DNA of 64,000 nucleotides. Source: Phoronis australis (lineage: Eukaryota > Animalia > Phoronida). Position numbers and translations under genes: made by a program. The notes below the pieces were generated by a model. That model saw nothing but the letters and a program-made list of their open reading frames with translations. It had not been told where the DNA came from and searched no databases. This document shows, piece after piece, positions 39,171-50,322 of the stretch (position 1 is the first letter of the stretch; every line of letters begins with the position of its first letter). The DNA is taken from assembly GCA_002633005.1 (NCBI GenBank), contig NMRA01000090.1:298752-362751 (forward strand), read 5' to 3'.

Positions 39171-40072
39171 ACTCAACCGATCGAGGTGTTTCTTGAAAAG
39201 GGACTTAGTCAGACATTTGGTGTAACGCTCCATTCAACTGTTTCTCAAAAATCAGACTTATGCATAAATCTAAAGTCTTTAAGAAAATACAAACAACTGC
39301 TAGTTACTCCTGCTGGGATAATTCATATAGATTGTTTCTAGACTGTGATGTGCGATCAAACTTACTTGGAAAAACCTTTTTAGGCACCAGAGTGAATATG
39401 AGAGCGAAAGGCCAAATTTCTATCTAGTGAAATCTAAAGTCACTTCACAAACGGGCTGCGTTCCGTTTACTTTTGGAGACACTCGCGATGAAAAAGCTGG
39501 TTGTGTGATCACGTGTAAATCATGGCGATGATTCGCGAAAAAAATAAGTTTATTTACGTTTTCGAGATTCTTGGATCCACGGCCGCTGCGCAGGATCGAG
39601 TCACTATCAATCGTAGACCTAGTCTGTGCTGAGTTCCATCAGTAGACGGTGCTTAATTTGCTGCGAATTCTTCACACGAAACACAAACAATAGCGCCATA
39701 ATGAAACCCTCCGACAATCACCCCGACCCAATCGGTGACCACCTTGTTTATTCATGGTTAAGGCCTGCAGGCAAGTCACCAAGCATCACTCTTTGAGAAT
39801 TAATCTCATTTACTACCGTGATTTTGCCAGAGTGTTAATTGTGCGATCTTGCTTTTCTCTCACGGAAAATTATGTCGCAAGCTCGTCGCATAGATATCGA
39901 TAGATAGGAGTATTAATAGTTCAATTTAGATACAATAAAGATAATGACAAGCATTTATCGGCAACCGGCTGATGTGGGCCCAAGGTACGATATTCATGTG
40001 ACTTGTACTGTTATGTCCAACAAAGAACACAATGGAAGTGTCCCAGCTCAGTGTGCGTGAACTTGGAATCCT

Positions 40073-40413
40073 GCTTAATGCCAAGATCGCGTATGCGTGA
40101 AATTGGAATTAAATTTTCATTTGGGCGATTCTGTTCAGTGTAAAACGGGAATTTTTGCAATTGTTTGCCTCATGGACGCCCATTTTCTCCTTTAGCATAA
40201 CTTGTCAAGGAATATGAATGGTTAAATCAATTATTGTTTGGTGACTAAGATCGCCATTTGAAACGGTTTATTGGTTCGTTATCTTATTAATATGTAATTT
40301 TATTTAGTACAGTGCAAATTTTTAATAACGTAAACGTGATTCTTAGGTGAACTTTTCAACTTTCCACGTGTGTTCCAAGTTCACTCACGCATACGGGATC
40401 TTGAGATTAAGCA
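40073..40413. mobile_element. MITE-like inverted repeat
   Basis: tgcttaatgccaagatcgcgtatgcgtga versus tcacgcatacgggatcttgagattaagca. Confidence 0.5.
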
Positions 40414-40970
40414 ATGCGCTCAAGCACAGGACTAGGCCCAGTCCGCATCAAAGCTGTAAGTAAACTCACTAGATGTCGCTAAAGTAAACTTTCGCCGGAA
40501 GAGGAGTGTTGGGGATTTATGGGGCATAGGTCAATGAACTTCATACCATGTCTGCCAGATTGTTTTTAGGGTTTGATTTGAGCACGCAACAGGTAACGGG
40601 ATGTTGTTGGTTGCTTCAGTGTAAAAGCTTGCAGATCATTTTCATGAACTGAATTCTTTGCTGTGCCTGTGTGGGCTTGCCTTTATGTAGCCTTCGTTCA
40701 AAGCTGCATACATTTTGACAATAGTCTTCATACAGCTAGCTGGCTGGTGAGCCGTTATGCTAGCTAACCTGCTAGCCCAACATTTTGTCTGTAAACATTT
40801 GCTCGGAGCACGATTGTGGATGCACATAGCACCGAATGGGGGGAAACCCCTGTCTTCCCAGGAAAATTTTTCTGTTTTTTGCTCTAAAAATCAAGCATTT
40901 TCCTTGATTTCCGAAGTATTATCCAAGAAAAAAGGCAAAAAAATGTAGAAAATGTCAATCAGGAAAAATT

Positions 40971-41040
40971 GCAAGCGCCACAGACTCGAACTCACGACCA
41001 GGCGGATATAGCGCGTGTGGTTTACCACTGCACCACCACA
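40971..41040 (-). repeat. tRNA-derived SINE head
   Basis: TGGTGCAGTGGTAA A box, GTTCGAGTC B box; anticodon arm broken. Confidence 0.5.
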
Positions 41041-42010
41041 ATATAACTCCTAATTTGGTACTAAGAGACCTACTTGTTTATGGTCCACAGTGTTTGCGTG
41101 TGAAACCTTCTTTTTGTAATGCTTATTAGATGTTTTATGTTTTGTGCAACCAGTTCATAATAAATTTGTTGTATTTAAAATAGTCTTCAATTGCCCAAAA
41201 GACCAAATCCGTTTTTGTGTTGGCAATAATGACGCAATAATGCTTTGGAAATCGTCTTAAGTTTGACAAAGAGAGCATTGTGAGTTTCTGAGTGATTCAC
41301 TAAGGCTTCGAATAAAATTGACATCTTACCAGCAGCTTCTGTTTTTTCATCATCACAAAGATTTCATTTTCTTTAAAAAATGAAGTAATTTTCTTCATTG
41401 CACAGTGGAGCAGACGACGGAAACAGAGTCGTAGTGCCCAGCACCACTGCCGGTCGCCTGAGATATCGCGGGAGAACCTATACTTAGCCATAGTTCCGTT
41501 ACCATTAATTGCGTGTGTTCCGAATTTGACACTTGAAATTGGATCTGAGCCCCCCAAACACTAAAACTGCACACATTTAAATCTTGTTTCAGCCATATAA
41601 TTTTGATTACCGGGGTTAATTAATAAACTCAACATTTCCCTACGCTGTTGCTGTTATATTTTTTTTTNGGGGGGGGCAGGGGGCCCGACCCCCCTAAATC
41701 CGCTTATGAGCTGTATGAACTGAAGACTATCGATCGTATCGTTAAAGGCAAAGACAACCTTTTTTCATGTCATTTTGAGCGAAAATAAGGTTGGTTGGTT
41801 ATCCTAGACATATTTTCCACTTAATTACAGCTTTTCGTAATTTTGTTAATTACTCGTACGCTACTCCGGAAGTGACATTTTAGGAGGCAAGCATTTCGCG
41901 CCAATTTCTTTTCATATAGTCTGACTCTGAGAGCTGCCGAGTCAGTCATTGTTCTACCTCGGTTGTGTTAAGTTACATCGTCGTTTGCTTTCATTTACTA
42001 GTCAGTCAAC

Positions 42011-42640
42011 ATGCCACACTGTTGCTGCGTACCGGGATGTACTAATTATTGTCTCACAAGTGCTTTGGGAGTACCTTAGCATCGCTTTCCGATGGATGAC
42101 ACACTTCGCCGTACTTGGCTCGTTCGTGCGAAGAACGCAGCGTTACCCGTCCACGCAACGTACAAAGCAGTCGAGAATTACCGTGTGTGTGGCAAGCACT
42201 TTCTGCCGTCCGATTACGAAAGGGATTAGTACGCTGAACTGATGAAGGTCCCTGCGAAACAACGCCTGAAGAAGGATGCCATTCCGTCTGTGCTGATTCT
42301 CGGCAGTGCCCCGTCGCCACCCCCGAGAAGTGCGTTTTTTGAAGAGAGAAGCCTCGCGAGCTGTGGCCAGTACAGTGACTGGAGCCAGTGGAGGCACTTC
42401 ATCCACTGTCACCCGTGCCTCCAAACGTACCCCAGAGCGTGCCATTCCTGGAACCAGTAGTGATTCGCCCTGTGCTGTTTTCTCCAGCCCAGAGCCTCTA
42501 AGCAGCCCTACAGCGATATTGAGTAGTGGGAGTGATTACAGGCCCAGTTCGACAACCAGTGAAGAGGACAGTTCGTCGTCCAGTGGGAACTATTTAGAAG
42601 GTGCCAGATGTGTGGCGAGGGAGTCACACGACACGATGTA
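42011..42640 (+). pseudogene. Kolobok transposase 5' remnant (THAP domain with two stops)
   Basis: MPHCCCVPGCTN...*HRFP..LRRTWL..RVCGKHF..DY..*..RLKKDAIPS. Confidence 0.85.
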
Positions 42641-42744
42641 AGCAGTTTGGGTGCTCAGGTCACCATCCAGTGGGAGTGTGTCGCGGGACACTCTGGCAAG
42701 TGAGACAGTTGTTCCTCTCTCCGTGGTATGCCGGAGGTCCACTT

Positions 42745-43050
42745 AACCGTGTCTAGTAGTGGCTTGGCCTCATCGAACTCTGAACAGCACAAGCGTTCCA
42801 TTGAGGTAGGCATAACAACGCTCAAAGTGCATTTGCACCAAGATGTGTCACCACGTCTGTCCTCAGTAGCCACCTCGTTTCTCTCAACAGCTGCCTGAGT
42901 CTGTGCGTACTCTGCCTCGTTATACTCGGGCTCAAACATTTACCCACCCACTGAATGTCCGTGAAAAAATTCCTCGTCACCACTGCTGTGAACAAGGTCT
43001 CCGTCACTAACACTACTGTCACTGTGATACGGGTCACCGACTCCAGCCAT
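42745..43050 (-). pseudogene. KolX / P2X7-ballast-like accessory protein remnant
   Basis: MAGV...G*MFEPEY....WCKCT...MPTSMERLCCSE. Confidence 0.75.
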
Positions 43051-44987
43051 TTTCAGCTTACAACACACTAAACAATCCCTAAATCCAACGTAGTTGAGTT
43101 CTCTACTAACCTGTCTTGCCGCAGAATACTCGCTGATGGAAAGTGGTGACGACAATTGTTGAAAAACAGCACAAAACAAAAGTAGAATAGAACAGATTCG
43201 CACGGTAAACTCAATGCAAAACCAAATGGCGGGAAACGATTGCCTCCTAAAACGTCACTTCCGGAGTAGAGGACGAGTAATTAATAAAATTACGAAAAGC
43301 TGTAATTAAGTGGAAAATATGCCTAGGATAACCAACCAACCTTATTTTAGCTCAAAATGACATGAAAAAAGGTTGCCTTCGCCTTTAATGACGTCAACTA
43401 ATATAGCTAGGTAACACGCTGTGTAGAGCTCTGTTAAACCCCAAAATTTCACACAGCCCGGGTTGTTCTTCTTGTCACACCACCGAAGATGATGCTAGCA
43501 AAATCAGGGAATCAACCAACAAACTCGCCTTGATATTGTTCATGCTGCCTATTGTGTATCACCATGTGGTCACTTGTGCTGTTGTATTTATATTCATTTT
43601 TGGAAGTAAAGAGCGCCCTGCTTGAAATATGGGGAATATTTTATATTTTAGAACCGATGCTCGTTGTTTTATTTTTACTATTTAGAAGACTTGGATCTTT
43701 TCTTAGTTTGCACTTAAGTTAACTCCATCCTCCTGTTACCTGTGCGGTTCACGTGGCAACATGTTAAAAAGCATCCTTTGACAACCATGCTTTCTTATTA
43801 AGACCATACTGTTTTTGGTCCGGTGACCTATAATTGACATATTTTAGACAAAAATCTGAATACTGGGGAAATATTCACAGTTTTTGCAGTGTTTTATTTA
43901 TATCCAATCCATATGTAACTCTAACTGTTTCTATACATTTTGTTTTGCAATCAAAAGTTACATCGATTAAACATTGCCATCACAACGCCATCAACTGTAT
44001 GCTTTTGGCATCCTCAGGTGATGTATTGCCTAGTACATGAACTGACACCTGTGTGCAAAGCTGTATGGCTTTGGAATGATCTGGGTAAATTTACAGAGCA
44101 AAAAATCTTGATTTTATTTGCATCCGTTCATGTCATTGGTTGAAATTAAGTGTGTACCAACATTAATGTTCTGTGTTATATTTGTAACACTATTAATACT
44201 TAACCCTAATCTTTATTTTGTCTAGGCAAAAGTGGTTGCCACTGACGATGACCTTCAAGTGACCTATGAGACAACAGTCAAATTTGATGAAGATCTGCCA
44301 GAGTTCAGGTTTCTACTTCTTAATCCTTCCAACCTTGCTTTGTGTACAGTGTGAACAAATTAAAACACACCAAATCTTTTTAGGCTAATAATGGATAAAT
44401 ATTTACTCATTTCAGTCAATGAAACCTATAAAAATCATTTAATTTCCACACAGGAAAATATTAAGTCAGATTGTGGGTGAAACTCTTATATTTTCCAATT
44501 TGATTTTTAAGAATGACCAAACTTTTAATTCTTGTTATGCGTGTTGGAAATTGGATATTGAAGATAGATTGGATTTTTAATTTGCATTTTGAATACGGAA
44601 AATTGAACTGACTGAATGTACCATTATTGAGATTGTTTAATGATCTCACATAATGTGGAATTGTCGTGAGGACTTGACAGGGACCTCAGAGGTTTCACGC
44701 TCCACTGCCTTATCTACACTATTTTGAAAAGGCATTGTACAATCACACGTTGTGGGTCATAAAAACGATAATGATACCTGAAGCTGACGCAGCGAGTAGA
44801 ACTACTCTCGTTTATAACATTAGTGTAGACTCACAGTAGAACTGTGGTTTTTCTATTGAGCCCAGACCGTCCGGAGTTGCACCATGTACCGAATCCGGAG
44901 GGTCTGTCACGACGATTTAGCATTATGTTTTCTTAAATCTAATTTTAAGACCATGTTCAGCGCAGGTCACAAATTTAGGCCAATCAG

Positions 44988-46373
44988 TTGGAAAAGGGAT
45001 AGCAACAAGTCATTAACTGGATGGATATCTATAGCAGACTACACAGCAGACTGCACAGTCATTTGAAGAGCCAATTTCACTTAACAGCATTCTCTGGTCT
45101 GATAACATCTAGCTCCTTTTGTTAACTGCCAAGCACAGTCTTCTGTCTGGTTTGACAACATGCAAAACAATTATCTACTAGGCTTATTACAGATCACCTG
45201 TGAACACACTCAAACCCAGAGCGAATGGGTACATTCGTAAAGAATAGGTTGTTGTAACTTTGGTTGTATGAGAGTGATTTTGGCGATTTAAAAGCTAAAC
45301 ATGAACAGCATTTGACGAGGAATAGGCCTTTTGCGAGTTTATAACAATAACGCGAGATTACGTGAGACTTAACTGTGACGTCACGGGAAGTGGGGCAAAA
45401 GCTTGTCGTTTGGCTCATTTGCTCAATACGTTAGCAGAGTGTGTTCTGTTATTTTCTTCCACTTTTTGGCCGTTAAGTTCGAAAAATACCAAACAAGCAT
45501 TGCTGTTATGGCAAATGAAATTCAGATTCGCACTACAATACGTTCTATCGCGTTTTGTACTAATTTCGTTTCGTGTATTTTAAACGGGCGATAGGCGAAA
45601 TCCGCTCACTGATTAAGTTTTCACCACATCAAAAATACATTCCACATCTAAAATTGTCACCTAAAAAGACGCTTACTTTCTCCAGTGGTCCTTTCTGCTT
45701 CTAAACATATCTTCGATGAAGCATAGCTACGGGAATTCAGGTGACTTTGGCGAAGACTTCCAACTCCACATTATGGTTACTGTTAACTTCAACCGCGCGC
45801 GCGATAACCGCAAAGTAGTTCAACTGGTCAGGTGAGTATGAGGCAAAGGCTAGCGCGAGATTGAGTGAAGCGCGAGACCTGGCGCGTGACACTTGCAAAC
45901 TAACATGAGAACATATCAAGTGAATTTGTAAGATTTGTTTTCCTTGGACTTATTGTTCGTGATTTCACGTAACTTCCTCAAAATGGCGCACTGTGAGAGA
46001 AACTTGAGCGAACCGCGAGGTTTTCATGGATAGGTTNTTGGAAAAGGGATAGCAACAAGTCATTAACTGGATGGATATCTATAGCAGACTACACAGCAGA
46101 CTGCACAGTCATTTGAAGAGCCAATTTCACTTAACAGCATTCTCTGGTCTGATAACATCTAGCTCCTTTTGTTAACTGCCAAGCACAGTCTTCTGTCTGG
46201 TTTGACAACATGCAAAACAATTATCTACTAGGCTTATTACAGATCACCTGTGAACACACTCAAACCCAGAGCGAATGGGTACATTCGTAAAGAATAGGTT
46301 GTTGTAACTTTGGTTGTATGAGAGTGATTTTGGCGATTTAAAAGCTAAACATGAACAGCATTTGACGAGGAAT
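44988..46373. other. 336-bp exact duplication (44988-45323 = 46038-46373) across the N join; a TE-like insert follows copy 1 only
   Basis: Copy 2 starts right after the N at 46037; copy 1 continues AAT|AGGCCTTTTGCGAG, copy 2 continues AAT|TCAG. Confidence 0.85.
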
Positions 46374-46627
46374 TCAGAAATGCTATTGGTTTATGTTCAA
46401 ATATGTTATAACTTAACTTTTATTCTTAACAGCACAGCCCAGTCAGGCTAGATATGATCTTACTGGAGATTAGAGCAATTATCGAACAAAAGAGCTGGCC
46501 CTCCAACCATAAGGGCCAGAATGGAGTTAATCAGTTGTGCAAGGTATTGACTACAGGGGTCATATTCCCAACTTATTGTTGGGCTATAGATTGGAACAAG
46601 TTGGGATCAATAGGAAAAGGCTGTAAT

Positions 46628-47135
46628 GAGACCAGCCCTCAGTATCCCATCACTTAGTGGCCACCCCTTAGTTGACCGACCCTTACTAGTCCCACCATTA
46701 ATAGGCCAGAGCTTCAGTACTAGGCCTGCCCTAAGTAGACACTCCAATAGTAGACATGTCTTTAGTAGGCCACCTCTTAGTAGACCAGACCTTATTAGGC
46801 CAGCTTTAGTAGACCCATTCTTATTTGACCAGCTTTTAATTGACCAGCCCTCAGTTAAGGCCAGTCCTAAGTAGACCATCCTTACTAGACCAGCCTAGCT
46901 GTAAAACACAATACATAATGAATTGGTTACCGAGTGGGAATAACCGTAAATACAATTTCAAGATTATTCCACCTGCTATCCATATTTAATTGTAATACAG
47001 CTCACTTTCATGCAATAGACCAGCCCTCAATAGGCCAGCGCTCAGTAGACACGCCCTCAATAAACCAGCCCTTAGTAAGCTAGGCCAGCCCTCAAAAGGC
47101 CAGCCCTTAGTACACATGCCCTGAATAGGCCAGGC
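46628..47135. repeat. Degenerate ~15-bp tandem repeat (TAGRCCAGCCCTYAR)
   Basis: Many taggccagccct / tagaccagccct units in two blocks. Confidence 0.75.
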
Positions 47136-47659
47136 AGCACTAAGCTATCCACATGTGATTGTTTAACGATATTCTTTCTTCATAAATTATTTGCTATGAC
47201 GTGATTTTAAAATCTTGACTATTAATCAAGTTTTTGTTTCAAGTTTTTATCGCCAACTTATTTACAAGTCATATATCAATCTAAAGATGCAACTACATAT
47301 TAAGGAGGTGGTAACCGAATGGGGATAATGATAAATAAAACTGCATTTCACCTACTATCCAATAACCCTTTCCGTGCACACTTCAGAAAACATCTGTTTT
47401 TGTGTCACATCTTGAGGACCCTCTTAGAAAGCAGTGCTGACCCTGAAGAGGCCACCCTCATTTTAAATATTAAAAAAGTGTTTTTATTTTTACACAGTTT
47501 GGATATGCAGTGAAATGTTTTATTACTAGTGCAAGAATGGAATTATGCCTCAGCACATGGTGATGATTTACAGGTTATCGTCATTCACATTTTCTATATA
47601 TGCAGTGCAAAAATGATCCGCCTCAGAAAGTCTGTCGAGAGAGAGAGAAACACTTTCAT

Positions 47660-50322
47660 TTTTAAATTTACATAAAATTTATTTATATTAATACAATGAT
47701 TAAAAATTCGATTTCAATTAGGAGGCCTTCTAAAGGTTATTGATCGCTAATAAGAAGGTTCCCTGTACAAAATAAATAAATGGAAATGTAAAAATCAGTA
47801 GGAATAGATGAGGAAGCCATATATATAACATACTTTGAAAGTGAATTAGCGCCAGGAACCAAGAAGTGGACTAGCACAGCTCAGGAGATTTGGGGAATAC
47901 AATTAGGTACTGTTACATATGAAGCAATTGGAAATATGACAAACTGGATCGTAGTTGCTAATGATAAAATTGGTTAAGAACCTGAAGAATGGTTGCAAAG
48001 AATGTGTTTTTATTATATTTAGAGCAGAGACTGGTATTTCGTTGTTGTTTATTAGTCGAGGAATTTCAAATCTCATGATGACAATTTGTTGGACGATGGA
48101 ATTAAAATTTTGGGTTGTATTGTTTGAATAGCAATTGATTCAGGTATCTAGGAGTTTTAATGTGTCTGGTTGGTTATATTGGAAGGGTTTACTAAAGAAG
48201 TGTCGTGCATTCAACAAATTCTGTATAAAAGAAGTTGTTAGTGTAAAAATACTTAGGGAGCTCATTATTGAGGAATTTGTAGTAAAATTTTGCAGTTGAG
48301 ATTTTAAAGATGTCTTGAAGTAGAGGGAGGAATTTGAAATATTTCGAAAGGTTCTCTTCTGGGTGGTCTGGAGTTTCCTTAAGTGTTGCCGAAACCCCAA
48401 GTTGCAATGCCATAGTTTAAATGTGGAGGACAAGTGAATTATGTATTAACTTGAGAGGAAGATAAGATTTCAATTTATGAATGGGTCCGCCGAGATTGTT
48501 AAGTTTGTTTGAGATGAGGTTTAGGTGGGGGGGACCATGAGAGGTTTTTGTCAATGGTAATACCAAGGAAAGGAAAACTGTTCACATGACATATGGTTTT
48601 GCTATTTATATAAATGGTGGGAACAATACATTTTTCAATTTTCTTTTGGGGGTAATGGAAGATCATAAATTTACTTTTTGATGTGTTAATTGAAAGTTTG
48701 TTCACAGAAAACCAGTCTGAAATAGATTTAAGATTGTTGTTGATGGTGGTTGATTGTTGTAAAGTGTTTTGGGAAGATTCAGTCAGTTTGTAAAGTGTGA
48801 CGAGGCAAGTGTCGTCAGCATAAAGAAGTGTGTCCATGGGAGAAGAAAACAAAAGATCATTTATGTAAATTAAGAAGAGAAGTGGGTCAAGGGCAGAGCC
48901 TTGGGGAACTCCATTAGATATTGGTAACCAACTGGAAGTTGTATCTCTTAGTGAAACATATTGGGTGTGGTTTGAGAGATAATTTATAAACAGTGTATAT
49001 TCAACTCCAGTAATACCATAGTGATTTATCTTTTGCTAGAGTATTTGGTGGTCTATTGTGTCAAAAGCTTTATAGAGATTGAGAAAGATGACCAGGGGAT
49101 TCATGTCATTATCAAGATGGGAACAAATGCGTTCTAAAAGTTCTGTAGAGTGACATTTCCTGAAACCATATTGATGTTTATTAAGAATATCATTTTCATT
49201 TCGGAAAGTTGAAAGTTGAGTATGGATAATTTTTTCTATAATTTTTGAGATTGTTGGGAGAATAGAAATGGGTCTATAACTGCCTGGGTGCTTTGGGTCC
49301 AAACCATGTTATTAAAATACTGGGATTACTTTAGCAATCTTGAGAGCATCTTGAAATATACCAGTGTGCAAGCACTGGTTGATGATGGTCGTGAGAGGTT
49401 CAATTATAAAAGGACTGCTTATTTTGATAATTTAAATGATAAATTGTAATGACCAGTACTATGATTTGCGTCCATGTCTCTAATAATATCTAGTACATGT
49501 TCATTATGAATTAGTTTGAAAGAGAACTTAAATTTCTTTGGCGTGGGAAGATAGTCTTTGAAATTCTTCTTTTGTATCATAGTTATTGATTTAGAAAGGT
49601 ATGGGCCAATTTGATTAAAGTAGGTGTTGAATAAACTTGCCATTTCGGGTAGGTCACTTGTTTTAGTGTTTTTTGAACGTAAGAGACATTCTGGGGTATC
49701 ATTTTTTTTTGTTCGAACACTGTTGTTCATAACTGTCTTTATTGTATCCCATGTTTTATTTATGTCAGACTTCCCTTTTTCAAATGTGTCATAATAGTAA
49801 GATTGCTTGGCGGAATCAATAGCTATTTTGAGAATCTTATTGTCTGTTGTGGCATGTAGTGCAGGATTGTGTGTTGCGAGGGGTTGCCTTGGTTTGTTTG
49901 TACAGTTTATCTCGGTAACGAATGGAAATTAAAATGCCGGGTGTAATCCACGAGTGAAGCGCGTGTTTGTGTTTATTATATCTAACATTTTTTTACCAAA
50001 GTGTTTTTTCGTGAGACATGTCAAAGCATCACTGAGTATTGCGTAGTTGTGATTCAGGTCACAATCTAAGCTGTGGTCTAGCGTTTCCATGATATTGCAG
50101 TTTCGCAAGCTGTTGAGAAAGTGAGTTTTTCTTTGCGGTGTGTAAGAATATTTTGAGACGAAAGTAGGGTGTTTAGGGTGGAATTTTTATTGTTTTTGAA
50201 GCAATGAAGATAGGACAATGGTCTGAAATCAAAGATAGAAGAATACTAGAGTGTGTATGTATGTGACCGTATGATGTTGATGTAAAGAAGTTATCTAATA
50301 AAGTTGCTGAGGTGGGGCTGAG
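47660..50322 (-). mobile_element. Decayed CR1/L2-group LINE ORF2 (end of APE plus RT)
   Basis: TLLDNFF..ISDHCPIF; YRPISILPTISKIIEK; KAFDTIDH; GVPQGS; YADDT; many frameshifts and stops. Confidence 0.9.

Larger units (their letters stand above)
41746..43384. mobile_element. Kolobok transposon deletion derivative (1639 bp) with ~150-bp TIRs
   Basis: TTAA at 41742-41745 and 43385-43388; AG...CT termini; long near-identical TIRs; convergent THAP and KolX-like remnants. Confidence 0.9.
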
